Shown here piece by piece: positions 26,410 to 39,873 of a stretch of DNA of 64,000 nucleotides. Both the position numbers and the translations under genes were made by a program. The first letter of the stretch is position 1. Every line of letters starts with the position of its first letter. The stretch is taken from NCBI GenBank assembly GCA_025603075.1, contig MU626352.1, positions 17,437-81,436 of the forward strand, written 5' to 3'. This stretch comes from Neoconidiobolus thromboides FSU 785 (taxonomy: Eukaryota > Fungi > Entomophthoromycota). A model generated the notes under the pieces. The model had not been told where the DNA came from. It made no database searches and worked only from the letters and a program-made list of their open reading frames with translations.

Positions 26410-27400
26410 CTTTAAATACACTAATAAAGCAATTAAAAGTTTTGATTTGAGTAAGGTTTTAAATTTAAAAAAATATTTGTATTTAAGTTTAAAACAAAAA
26501 AAAGTAAAATGGCAATTTTTTTTGTTAAAATTAATTTTATTAATTCAATTATGAAAACTTAACAAAATACAAAATAATCAAAAAATTCAATAAAAAACCA
26601 TTATACTAACCTTGACATTCAAAATGATCAATAAAAAAGGAAGCCATCGTAATTACTTTAAAAGGAAAATAGCGCTTCTTTTGAAAGTAATGATAAAAGC
26701 GGAAAAAAGAATATAAATATTAAATTTTATAAACATCTCACATATTATGTATTATTTGTAATGTTTGTGTATGTTGCTGAGTCAATAGTTGTGGTTTGCT
26801 TATTAATTTAATATTTAAGGATATTTAGAATTTCAATGTTTATTCTAGTTTAAATTTAAACGTTTTTTATTAATATTAATATTAACTAAAATTTGTTATT
26901 TTTTAAATTATAGAAATGTTAGGAAAGTAGATTTATTATATAAAATGAAATCATATAGTTAGCACCCGGTGCCAAAAACGAAAATTTAAAAAGTAATATT
27001 AGTTTAAATCATATCAATAGTATTATTAATATAATAATAATACAATTAATTAAAAGGTGATTAGAAGGATCTAAACTACTAGTTTAGAAACATAGTTTAA
27101 ATTGAAGTGCTTACTTGCAAAGCTGGAAAGATGGCATTAAGTTGGTGGAAATTTTAGTGTATTGATTGTGTTCTATGATGATTATATGAAAATGTATTGA
27201 GGTGGAAAAGTTATATTTAAAAATAATAAATCAGATTATAAAATTCTTTAAGGTGTTGATTTTTGAAATTGATAATCAATGTCTTTCGAAAATGGTATAG
27301 AATTCTTCACCAAACTTGTATACTATTACGCCATTTTGATATTGAATAGAATACCAAGATTAAAAAGAGACTAAGATTAAATATTTAGTTTACAAGAGAA

Positions 27401-28201
27401 TTAATATTCGGATTTTGAATAAGATGATTGAAAATAGGGATCAAAATAAAAATTTCCATTACTTATAATTCCACTGTTTGGCATGTAACTACTCATACTC
27501 TGGTTTGCATTGGAACATATATTTAAATTATAGCCAGCTCTTAACTCAATGTTTGCATATACATTTAGGTCTTGGTCGCTTCCTTCTCTAATTCTTGAAT
27601 ACATATTTAAGTCATAGTCACCCTCTTGGTCTATGTTTGGATACATATTTAAACCATAATTCATACTATCAAAAGGAGAAGTAGTTATAGGTGGCGATCT
27701 CCAAAGCTCTTGATTAAAACTACTATCTATTAACTGAGGATTAATATAAAGTGGAGCTAAAGAGCAATTTTCTGGTAATATATGAACGTTCGATTTGACT
27801 TGATGAGGATACTCCATTGATGTACTAAATGAAATAACTTGATCATATACAATATTGCCACTGCTTCTTGCTAAGCTATCATTAGCCACACTAATATCAT
27901 TAGTTTCCTCATTACTATCTTCTCCATTGTCTTGAGTCAAATCATTATAAAGTAAATGAATATTACTTGGATCAAAATTAATGAAAGTATTATCCACTTT
28001 AATACATTGAATTCTATTTTCCATTTGATTCATCATTGCTATTTCTCTCTCTCTCATCTTCCCACGTTTGTTATTTTCCATAGCATAAGTACATTGATTC
28101 CCTTCTTTTCGACAATAATAACAAGAATTCTCTTCAAAGATACATTTGCGATGTTTTTTTTTACATTGGTCACAAGCTTGAATACAGTTTTTTTTACCCA
28201 T
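27401..28201 (-). CDS. small Zn(II)2Cys6 transcription factor (no middle homology region)
   Basis: CDQC-x6-C-x6-CYYC-x6-C at the N-terminus, followed by an acidic/Asn-rich tail. Paralog of 45848-46345. Confidence 0.85.
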   Translation of the reverse strand: MGKKNCIQACDQCKKKHRKCIFEENSCYYCRKEGNQCTYAMENNKRGKMREREIAMMNQMENRIQCIKVDNTFINFDPSNIHLLYNDLTQDNGEDSNEETNDISVANDSLARSSGNIVYDQVISFSTSMEYPHQVKSNVHILPENCSLAPLYINPQLIDSSFNQELWRSPPITTSPFDSMNYGLNMYPNIDQEGDYDLNMYSRIREGSDQDLNVYANIELRAGYNLNICSNANQSMSSYMPNSGIISNGNFYFDPYFQSSYSKSEY

Positions 28202-31200
28202 TTATTGTTTTCATGGTAACTTTAAACAATCAAATCAATTTAATTAGTTTATATACTTTTTCGATATGGATTTGTCAATTAACATTTTGATTGATTTCAA
28301 AATCATAATTAAATAACTAACTATATTTATGTAAATTTGGTTCTTAATAGTCTTTGATTGTTTTTATATTCTTTATACATTCTAGAGTTATTATTTTTTC
28401 AAGAATAGGTCTCCTGTTTTTTATTTGAATTTATTTTGATAACCTATTCATAAACAAAACATTAATTTATTATTACTTGGCCCTTTGGCCCCATGTTAGA
28501 AAAATTTTAATAGTAATATATATAATTAAATCATACACTGTTTAAACATATTATAGGTTATATATATGCTATAGTATATTACCACTAGGAATATATTGAA
28601 TTTTATTTTAAGATTAATTTTTAAAACTTCGATTTATTTGAAATGAACCTTGTCTAATTTATCTAATTCAATCCAAGATCCCCAATAGTACTATAAAAGT
28701 TCGAGTATACTGTATTTGGAAATTATCATTTGTACAAAAATACAATAAAAAATAAATTACTGTTACTTACCCAAACCCATTATTATTCAAAATAGACTAT
28801 ACTTTTTCCGTATATTCGCTAACTATGAGTCTAAGTGATGCATTAAACTAATTACTCATTTTAATATTATTTTTTCGTAAGATTCAAATGAAAATTAAAT
28901 AATTTTAGAGATAACATAAAAAGTTAAAATAAAATAAAATATTATTTAGTACATTTTATTTAAAAACCATTCGCTATTGTTAGGATTGAGGTTTAAGAGC
29001 ACTTAAGATATAACTTTATCTCTTGCTCACATATTTGCTTTTTACTCATATTAACATTAGCTATTTTTAGCAATTGACACTATGTATAGCAATAAAATAT
29101 TATATTAATACGATTTTGGTACTTCAATTAAAATCTATTTTAAACTCAAATAGGCGAAACAAGTGGTATAACGTAATTCTCAACCATAAAGAAACTTCCA
29201 GCACATAATCATTTGATATAATATAATATATTTCATTATACGTTTTTCAATTCCATCCTCTAAAGATTAAGAACACTTAATAATAAAAACTTACGAAAGC
29301 ATAGTACTTTAAGTGCCTTAATCTATTTTTAAAATAATAAGTTATATCATTCTAGTGGAAATAAAATTTCATGTATGGTTTAAATCGCTATTTACAAATT
29401 AATGTATTAGAATATCCCTCGGCTTTACTTTTAAATGAACTATAAAAATTAATAAGGTTATTTGAAAATCCAAACTATTATAATATACCAACAAAAGAGG
29501 CTATTCCGTAAATTGCGTTCATATCTACATATATAGAATCAATTGCAATAGAGATTTATTTATGATATGGAACTGAAGAAATGTAATGGTAGCTTATCAT
29601 ACTTTAAATTCTTTAGAATTATGCGAAATTAGACCTAATTTGTATTTATCATGCCATTAGAATTTAACTTTCAATCTTTCAAATGACATGGTATTCAATA
29701 TTGTTATATATTATTTAAATTGTTAACCTTTTTATTTAGTGTTTAAAGCTTGAAATGTTGTTAATTTTATAACATAAAAATATATAGACATCTTAGCAAC
29801 TGAATTTTTATTAAAGAAGAGATGATTAAAGTAATTAACTTTATATGTATAAACACTAATTTCTCGGTTCGGGACATAGCTAAAAGAAAATAGCGGGAAT
29901 TAAATTGAAGAATAGAAACATGCCTACAAACAGGAAATAAAGCTTAATTACGTTAGTATAAACTACGATATCAGTTATTAAGCAAATTAGTATCTAAATT
30001 AGGATTGTAGCTTAAACCTAATAGAATAACTACTACAAAAGTTTTAATAACATTTCTTTATACAGTTTACATTTCTAAAGTTAAACTTGGTTCCTAGAGA
30101 CTAGTGATTTAAGCTATCATTTATCTCTAAGCCATCTTTTATCATTAAATTTTCTTTTATATTAGCCAAGTAAGATGAAATTCTTTATCATGAGTGCCAT
30201 CCCTAATTTTAATCCCACGCATATTATCAGTTATATTTTTGACATCTTTTTGAAAGTTTATTTGATATTTTTTTAAAATGAATATTTTGTTACCAAAGCT
30301 AAGAAAGTTAAGATCATTTTTAATAGGCATGACTATTTTATTCATTAAATTACCGATTCTTCATCCTTCAATTATTTTATTTTCCCCCTTTATTACTCGG
30401 TGTTTTTAAAAAAAATTAAATGGTAACTGTAATGTTATTATTATATAAAACACCCTCTTATTATATTCATTACAAGCTTATTTACAGACTTACGTTTTTA
30501 CTTTTTTTAGTCTTTAAAATCCAGGTCATAATTAATTAAAAATATTTATTAAAGGTTTTTATTTCGAAAAATTATATCAAAAATTTATGCGTATAGTCTA
30601 TAGCGCATGATGGTATCAAAAGTATACAATTCTAGATTTATGGAGGGTTTATTATAGAAATAACATGACCAAACGACACAGGAACCTAACTCCTAAATGA
30701 TACTTAATTAAGATCAAAAGAAGTTTAAGCTTAATTCTATAACCTCAAATTTACGCTAATTGAAAACAAGTAGAGATCAAAGCTTTATATTACAATAACC
30801 GCAATTTACAGCATATTCAAAGATTATGTTTGTCACCTAACTTTTGATATTTATGTATAGTCAAAAGTAGTCGCTGTTTATAATCCGATTTTTATAGTTA
30901 TTATAAATATAAAAATGGTAATAAAAAATTTATCATATCATGAAATTTTATTCAATATAGTTTATTATATATGTAAAAAAAGTTATTTTAGTATTCCTTT
31001 GCCCTTAATGTCCTTTGTGAAATCTCCATTGCTTAAGATATATACTAAGTAATCTGTTTTTTATATAAATTATAAACAGCTTAAGTTTGTTGAAAAAGCG
31101 TATTTTTTATATAATATTATTTATGTTTTTAATAAAGTAAAATCTTTTAGTGTTTATATGTATTATACATCTAATAATCTACTTCGTATTTAATTTGGAT

Positions 31201-32442
31201 TTTAAAATAACCTTTTTAATAAACATTTTATATTTATAACAAATATTTTATAATGTAGTATTTACTATTGTTATATTACAGTTGTAATAGACAAAGTAAC
31301 ATTAGAACAAATATAATTCTATAATATTTAACTTTCTACTTGTTTTTTTGAAGCTCATTTACTTTTATAAATCAATATGATAATACTTTCTCAATTCAAA
31401 TGTACAGTATTATAATTCATCATAATTATTTAAATAATTTGCACAAACTGATAGATAGCTTTATGATAATAATACTGCCAAAAATGAACATGCACCAAGT
31501 CTTTACAAAATTTATAATAGCTTAGATCAGAAAAACAAGTAAAACTAAACAAAAATTTTACTATTAATACATCCTATTATTGAGCAAAAAAAAAGGACAT
31601 TTAAAACATTACTTTATAAACATTCTGTCCATTTTGCTCAAAAGCGTTGATATCTATATTGGGAACTATAGCTTTTTTTATTTTCGGTTCTGGTTATTGT
31701 CAAAAAGCTCTTATCAATAATATAGTCCTTTCGTTTTAAAACTGTTGAATGGTATTATATACATATATTACAAAACGAGGATATTATTTAAAATGATTTG
31801 TTTGTAAGATTTAATAGTTTATTTTTAAATAATATCCCCGCTTTTAATAAATATTACTAGCACAGTTTCAATTTAAGCCTTAAAGCAAAATAAATAAATT
31901 GAAATTACAGCAGGTTTTGAATCCAGCGATAACTGTAGAACTTTGATGTTATAGATATGAGCTTGCTATTTTTTATATATTCAATGTTTTTTGTTATCTA
32001 TACGTTTTTGTGCTCTAGGTGTAATTGCTATCTATTAGATATTGATTCTTATGAATTTTTAGTTTTAAACAGCTTAATAGAGAGCCAATAGCATAGTTAT
32101 TACAGTGCATGAAAATGAAAACTAGAGTAAAAGTAACAAATTATTTTTATCAAACTTAAATAACCAACAAATAAGATTACTTCTCAGCCAAATGAAAAAA
32201 TGAGTGATTTGCAAAGTTAATCCGAAAATTCGAATCAAAATCTAATTAGCAAATAAAATAATAGTTTATAGCTAAATATAGCAAATACGTTGTAATGATT
32301 GGACATGAACAAATTTAACTGTCAAATTAATTGGATGAAATTACGGATAAGATGACAAATGCTGCAACTAAAATGATCTTATTTTTGGTATAAAAACAGA
32401 ACCAAAGAGATTTGACTTTATTTTTTTTACTTTTTGAAAAAA

Positions 32443-33021
32443 ATGACATTATATCAGCAAGAAATAGATTGTGAAATACAAAGCATAAACAGATTCGATT
32501 CGCGACTTTTTCCTGCTATTATAAATAAAAAGTATAATGAAATAACCCAACTACCGGATTCAACGATAATTAATTTTATACAAAGAATCATCTATATTCA
32601 AGCTAACTATGATAACAAAAAAGGATTGATCCCCAACCCAAATTTTTATCAGATGTTAATCAGTAGCTTACGCGCACCACCAAGTATTATATTGGTAAGT
32701 TTGAACTATTTTACTCGCTTGGTACATAAAAAATCTTTCTTATTAAATAATTATCCTGTTAACTTGATCTTTATCGCATGTTTGAAGTTAAGTTATATAT
32801 GGTTATTGGATACCAAATACAACATGGAACTCTGGCAAAGCATTACCTTGGTTAATAAACAGGATTTAGCCAAAATGCAAAACTTAATTTTGATGGAGCT
32901 GGATCACCGTCTATTTATTTTACACTCTTGTTACATGAAGTGGGAAATTTGCTTGTTAAATTTTTCAAATCATTACAACTTTCATGACTTTCCTATTGAT
33001 ATTAATCAATTTTTCCTTTAA
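32443..33021 (+). CDS. divergent PCL/Pho80-type cyclin-fold protein
   Basis: Cyclin-box pattern IILVSLNYFTRL...LIFIACLKLSYIWLLD..YNMELW..IT....DLAKMQ..IL.ELDHRLFI....Y..W. The first ATG is at 32443; the ORF track began at an upstream TTG. Confidence 0.7.
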   Translation: MTLYQQEIDCEIQSINRFDSRLFPAIINKKYNEITQLPDSTIINFIQRIIYIQANYDNKKGLIPNPNFYQMLISSLRAPPSIILVSLNYFTRLVHKKSFLLNNYPVNLIFIACLKLSYIWLLDTKYNMELWQSITLVNKQDLAKMQNLILMELDHRLFILHSCYMKWEICLLNFSNHYNFHDFPIDINQFFL

Positions 33022-33700
33022 TGTTTTATTCTTTTCACTATTGTTAGCAACAATTAATATTATATTTTTCTTTACCCAATTCTTCAATATCCCCCTTTCC
33101 TCATATTTGTTTAAGCAAGAAGTTTATTTCTGCATTTTAATCCACCTTATTCAATCTAAACTATATTTTATTGCCCTGTTTAGTCTTACATCTTATTCAT
33201 TTGGTTTTTATGTTTGCTTTCTATCTTTTCAACGTTAATCTTATATATATTACGAATCTATTACAATGATTTATTTTTATCATTCCATATTCAATAAACT
33301 GATTATTCAATATTATACTGTACAAATTTATTAAGTCACATTATTATGTATAAATGATTTGTTCTTTTAGTTTAGGTGCGATTAATAGGCTAATAATTTA
33401 ATCAATTAACTTTATCCATAATGTAATCCCCTACTTTATTTAGTCACCACAGCCAATGAAAGTTCTTAAAATTAGGTATCTGTATTAAATAATTAGTGTA
33501 TTATTCATCTATTTAACACCCTAAAAAGAATATCCAACTTTACTTGATAAAGTTAATTTGTATTTATCATATCCAATGAAATCACCATGTTATTTATATC
33601 TTTCCAATAACTTTAATTCATCAATTTTACTTACCTAGTTTATAAAGTACTGATAAATTTAGGTTTATTTGAAATATGAAAGTTTATTAAAAGGAGTTTT

Positions 33701-33802
33701 ATAAGGAGATGTATTTTTGTATTTAACAATTTTATTAACAATTTTTTCACCTAAATAACGCTTAAAAGACGGAAAAAGTGAAGTCAAAAAAACACCACCA
33801 TA
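33701..33802 (+). mobile_element. MITE copy 9
   Basis: Diverged full copy. Confidence 0.75.
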
Positions 33803-34041
33803 AAATAAAACAACAGAGTTAAGTAACTCCTTTTAATTATGACCTTATCTATTTGAATTTTTGTAGCTTTAGAGTAGATAGTTTATTTTGTAAACAAAAA
33901 GCTCTAAAGTTGCTTGAATTTTTAGTTTCAAATGTGTTATTTTGCTTTAAAAATAGCTAAAATGGAATAAAATATTAAACTATAAAAATTAAAACTTCAT
34001 ATTATTATCGCACTGCATATGTTTTTGTATAATACAGCTAG

Positions 34042-34147
34042 TATAAGGGGATGTGTTTTTGTGTTTAAGAATTTGCTAGCAATTTTTCTACTAAAATAGT
34101 GCTTAAAAGATGGGAAAAACAATGAAGCCAAAAAAAACAGCCCCATA
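34042..34147 (+). mobile_element. MITE copy 10
   Basis: Full copy. Confidence 0.85.
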
Positions 34148-35395
34148 ATATGTTTATTAAAGCTAAATGTGTAATTTTATTTTAATTGACAATTTTATAT
34201 TAATAAGTACTTTTGGAAACTAGCCTAAATGGGTGGATCTTGCCTCAACTGATAGAATATCAGTTCTCAATCATATAACTTTGAATGATAAACACTAACA
34301 GAGTAACCCTCAAATTTTGTAATAATGAAATAAAATTTATATTAGATACTAAAAATTACTTTTTAGTTTGAATTTAAAATTTAGATAAATTTCAGTCAAC
34401 TATTCAAATCATTTCATGGCCTGATTTTAAGAATTTCAAATTTTAGTTGGCATTTTAAGATTTATATTTAATCTAAATATATACCTATATTTATAAAATT
34501 TGAGTTATGAAGGTTTTACAAATACATGTGTCTTTTCGAGATACATGTTATTTAAGCATTTGACATATTTGAAAAATCGAGCTAAATGGTTGTCTCTTTT
34601 ACCAATATATACCGCCTATGTTTGTAACTTAATATTTAAAATAAATATTTTAAAGTGCTTATACAAATTCAAACTTTTGATACAATAAAATTTGAGTTTT
34701 CAATTACACCAAAACCTTCTGTAACTGATATTATATATACTCTCCTTGCTTCCATCATTGACCTATTTGGTTGATTTTCTGGAAAAGTACCTGTCAATTA
34801 ATGATTTATTCATTTTAATGTCTATCTCTTGATCCGCCAATATTATTTGCCCAATCAAACAACAATTGGCAAAATTGGTGTTTATCCAACTAAAAAATGG
34901 TAATCTTGCATTCAAACCAACAATAGTGAAGTAGTCCGGTTTATCGATTATATTATATGCTAAAGTATTTTATTAGCCAGAGGAATAGATATATACAAAC
35001 ATAAAGTTTGTTATTTACTTAGAACAATTTAACTTTTTTAACATAAACATTTTATCATGTACTATTTATTTCTTTAAAGTCCAAGTTTTCACATTTTTCG
35101 AAATTGTAGCTAGTTTTATAAAAAATAGAATTCTTTGATGAAAGTGAATTTATTTATGAGGAAGGATTCAAGTTTTAAAAAAAGTAACAATGTCTCATGT
35201 AAAGAGTGATCTATTATGAAAATCAGTTTTGCATTTATTTTTTCAAAACGAGAGTTTCTTAATAAGTTTAATATTTTGGACTTTCAAGGTACGTTTTTAG
35301 AGTAGTTTGCTTTAACGATAGAAGGATATAAAACACAAAATATAAGCCAGTATATATATAATAAGAGATCTAGTATTTAGACATACTTGAAAAAA

Positions 35396-35499
35396 ATATA
35401 GGGGTGTATTTTTTTGTTTAAGAATTTTATTACATCTTTCCACTGAAATAGCGCTTAAAAAATGAAAGAATAATGAAACTAAAAAAAACAGTCCCATAT
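35396..35499 (+). mobile_element. MITE copy 11
   Basis: Full copy about 340 bp upstream of the RPL28 start. Confidence 0.85.
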
Positions 35500-35839
35500 T
35501 TTCTTTCATTTATTTTTTTTAAATTTTGTTTAACAATTTACTAAAAAAAATTATGGGAATTGAGATTTGCAAAAGAAATAATAAAAAAAGATTTTTCTAT
35601 AAAAAATTGCAGGGGTATTGCAGAGAAAAAATCGAAAATTAGCAGGCTTGTTTTGTAGTAGCAAAAAAATTAGAAACTTTCTTTTCCTTCAAATTTAATT
35701 ATAAATAAATAAGGTTAGTTTCTATGGAAATTAAATATGATGGTTTTGAATAAAGACAACCCAAAAGTCAATATTATTCGATCGATATATACATGTTTTA
35801 TAATTTATAACATTTCTAACCATGAAAAATACAATGTAG

Positions 35840-36336
35840 ATGGTCTCTACTGATCTCCTTTGGGAAGTTACCAAACGTAACAACACTTACTTAGTTAAAA
35901 GATCTGGTGTCACTTTCTCCCGTGACCCATTAAACTTAACTAACTTACATAACCGTGCCCAAGCTGGTTTCATCCAAACCAATGTAAACAAAATGTTAAA
36001 ACATAGAGAAAAATATTAACCTAATTTTGTAGGCTATCGGTTTAGTTGCTGGACCTAAAGGAGTTACAGCCCATTATACCACTGGAGCTAAAAACTTCAA
36101 TAAACCAAGCAAACATTTAGTTAAAGTTAACGTACGTGCTAACCACTTCAAACAAGGACAAAAGAAGATTGTCGGTTTAGTTACCAGAAATGCTCACCGT
36201 GATGACCAATACAAGGTAAAATTTTATATTTTTATAATTTCCTAAAAGTTAATATCATTAGAATGCTCAACTCCGTGCTTTCGCTCTTTACCGTTCTAAT
36301 AACAAAAGAGTTAAGCCAACCACCAAACAAGCTTAA
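35840..36336 (+). CDS. RPL28: 60S ribosomal protein eL28 (3 coding exons)
   Basis: MVSTDLLWEVTKRNNTYLVKRSGVTFSRDPLNLTNLHN.. / AIGL..NKPSK..RNAHRDDQYK / NAQLRAFALYRS..*. Highly biased codons. A probable 5'UTR intron (GTTAGT...TGTAG) ends immediately before the ATG. Confidence 0.9.
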
Positions 36337-36732
36337 ATCTAAAATATAGTTTTTATAAAAATGAATTAAGTCTTTTTTATTTATGGTTTAGTTTTGTTTG
36401 TAAATTTTGGTTATTAAGTGGATTATATAATTATTTTAATATTATCAGTAAAAATAAATCCAGAAGCGAGCTAAGTTTTAGTAAAACTAACTGAATTTTT
36501 AGTTTCAAATATTTTATTAAAATTGTTATCTTCAGAAAACACGTCTGGATATAAATTTCGATAGATATTACCTTATGCTTGCTTTAGTTTATTTTTTAAT
36601 CAAACAATAAAATTTCAACTTAAATTCTCATTATTCTTAACATTTTTTATATATAATGATTATTTAATCTTTTAATTACATAAGTTCAACTTTTTTAGAT
36701 AAATGCAAAAAAAATAGGGGTCAAAATTATTT

Positions 36733-39700
36733 ATGAAAATGTTTTTAAATTATTTTATTCATAGAAATTTACAAGTAATAAGAATTTCCCGATGCTTTCT
36801 AGTTAGCAAAAGAAAAGTAAATTTAGTTACAAAGGATAAGGAGTTGGGGAATTTGCTTCTTCAAGATGTTGGGAAAATAAATGCTGAACAGGATCCAGTA
36901 GATTTAGACTTACCTTCTAGTAAATTACTACAGACAGTGAAAAAATACCAACTTGATAATAAAAACCAAGTGGCTTTAATAAGAGTTGGAGATTTCTATG
37001 AGGTAGCATCATATTATTATTACTATAATTTATTAAATTTTATTAGATGTACTATGATCAAGCTGAACAAATTGGTGAACTTTTAGGATTGGCTGTAGTA
37101 AAGAAAAAAGTAAAAGAGCATGTATTTTCATTTACTGGGTTTCCAGCAAAAAGTTTAGAAAGACAGTTAGAAAAGCTTATTTCCCATGAGTTAGATGTTG
37201 CCATATTAGAACAATACCAAGATGAAATTACAAAGCAATTTTATAGAAAAGTGGATAGAATTTATACAAAAGGAACATTAATCGACCTTCCATTCCTAGA
37301 CACCTCCAAATGCAATTACTTATTAAGTTTATACAGGAAAGGAAATGATATTAGTATGTCATGGTTAGATGTTACAACTGGAGAGTTTTTTATTTCAAGC
37401 AGTAAAATCGAAAATTTATTAAATGATTTAGCTGTTATTAAGCCTAAAGAAATCATATTACTGGAAGAAGAAACGGAGTTAATCAAGCTATTAAAGGGGT
37501 ATAAACTAAGTTTTGAAAGTAAGGAATTATTCTTAAATAAGAAAATAAAAGGCATTCGAAAGATACAGAAGGAAATAAAGCTGTATACAAAGTTGGAACA
37601 AAAAGCAGCTAATGGTATTATCAATTATTTTGATAAAGTGATGGGGAATAAAGAAATCAAATTTGAATTAAACGTTAATAAAAAAGACGAACAAACTGTT
37701 AAAATGGATAAAAGCACAATTGATAGTTTAGAGATATTTGGCGGAAAAAATAGTGTGTATAACTTACTCAATAAAACAATCACCAAAGGGGGATCTCGCT
37801 TGCTTTATCATTACCTATCGAACCCATCAACTGATATTAGCTTGATTGAAACTAGATTGAACCTAATAGAAGTATTTATATTCAATAAAATCATAATTAA
37901 TAAAATAAGACAAAGTCTAAAAAAGACTAAGGATGCCCAATATGCTATTCAAAAATTATCTTTAAATCTAGGTTCTTTTTCGGAACTTTTGGATATTTAC
38001 AATATGCTTCAAGTAGCTGAAGAATTAAATAAATTATTAGGAGAATATAAAAATCAAAGTATCATAAAGGGATTAACAAAGAAGCTAAATTTCAAAAGCG
38101 AATTGTTAGATATTACTAAAAATACGTTGCAAATAAATGACATGGAGGTTAAAATTAATTATGAGTAAGTCAATCGCTTTAATAAGATAGTGTTTAATTT
38201 CTTCTTTAGATCTGATAAGCAGTTGTTAAATTTTCAGCAGCAACATGAAAAGCTAATTACTCAGAAAGAGGACTTGGAATTGAATTTAAGAGAATTATTG
38301 AGTACACCTAATATAATATATAAAATGATTTGATACTTATTATATGATAGATTGTAAATCATTAAAATTAGTTACATTTGGCAATTTGGCACACATCGTT
38401 GAGATTAGTTCTAGAGACCATAACAAATTTGAAGATAACAAAAGTGAACTAAAATCACCACCAACTCTATTTCAGTCCTTGAAAGGAAAATACCGATATT
38501 ACGTTGAGGTAATTTAAATTTTAGATAAACAGGAACAATAATAATATGTTGTAGGATTGGTCCAAATTAGCAACTGAGATTGAAGCTATAAATTTAGATA
38601 TTATGAACCGTGAAAAGGTTGTACTAAATGATTTAATTCAAAAAGTAATTTAGCCTAAAAATATCAAAACAAGTACTGATATGGTATTTTAGATATTGAA
38701 AAGTAAAGAGTCAATTATCGAAATGAGTAAAACTATATCCGAAATTGATTTAAGTAGTACAATGGCCATGCTGAGTGATGAATATCAATTAAATAGGCCA
38801 AAATTAGTCCATGATGAGCAGGTAAAAATGATGAATTGTCGACATTTAACAGTAGAGCAAAGTTTATTAAAAAAAAGTAAATTATTTACTAATAACGATA
38901 TCCTTTTGGACAGTAATCAAATATTGGTTTTAACTGGACCTAACATGGGTGGTAAAAGTACTTTTTTAAGAATGGTAGCTATTAACATTATACTGGCACA
39001 ATGTGGATTTTTTATACCAGCTGAAAATGCGGTAATTGGTGTCACGGATGCTGTTTATTCGAGAGTACTATTATTGTACTTATTTGTTGTTATATGGTTT
39101 TTTAATTAATTAGATAGGCACAGGCGATAACTTAACCAATGAACAATCTACCTTTATGATTGAAATGCAGGAAGCAGGAGATATATTAAAGAAGACAAGT
39201 AGAAAGTCACTAGTAATTATTGATGAAATAGGTAGAGGCACTTCACCTCTGGAAGGGGAAGCTATTGCATATGGTATATTATTAGAATTGCAAAATCAAA
39301 TTCAATGCCGAACTCTATTTGCAACCCATTTCCAGAATTTAGCCAACAATTTCCAAGAGTTGGGGTTAAATAAATGTGTCAACTTTCACAGTGAAGTAAT
39401 CGAATTGGAGGTATAAAATTTAATATTGATTTTCTAATTAGACTTAAATTATTAGAACAATTCGTTTACCTTTTTGCATAAACTGAAACCAGGGGCTGCT
39501 TCTGACTCAGCTGCTTTAAAAACTGCCCGCTTAGCAGGTATTCCAGAAAATGCTTTGATTGAGGCAAATAGTTACTTAGAGAAATTAAATCGAAACTCGC
39601 TTTCTGGTAATCAAAAGGTAAATTTTTGTATATTATTAAATCAATCCTGACATTTTTAATAGTTGCCACCTAATAATTTAGTATCTAAAGAGGTAATGTG

Positions 39701-39873
39701 TTTTAATTTTATGTAGTAGCATTTATTTACTTACTTTCGTTAGCTTTCAAAGGTAGATCTAAACGCACTTTCACCTATTGAAGGTAATTATTATTATTAT
39801 CATTATGAATTAGATTTTACGTTTACACATTTCAGCGCTTCTATTTTTGAAGAAATTAAAAGAGCTATTATGA
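36733..39873 (+). CDS. MSH1: mitochondrial MutS homolog (Msh1-like), multi-exon
   Basis: Presequence-like N-terminus, mismatch-binding motif LIRVGDFYE, Walker A LTGPNMGGKSTFLR, STFMIEM, IIDEIGRGTS, TLFATHF, FLHKLKPG..SAALKTARLAGIP. Last exons give LSKVDLNALSPIEALLFLKKLKELL*. Confidence 0.9.

Noticed and set aside
39470-39495. Suspected frameshift in MSH1 near FLHKLKPG
   Set aside because: Re-reading across the line break gives CAT AAA CTG; the frame is intact.
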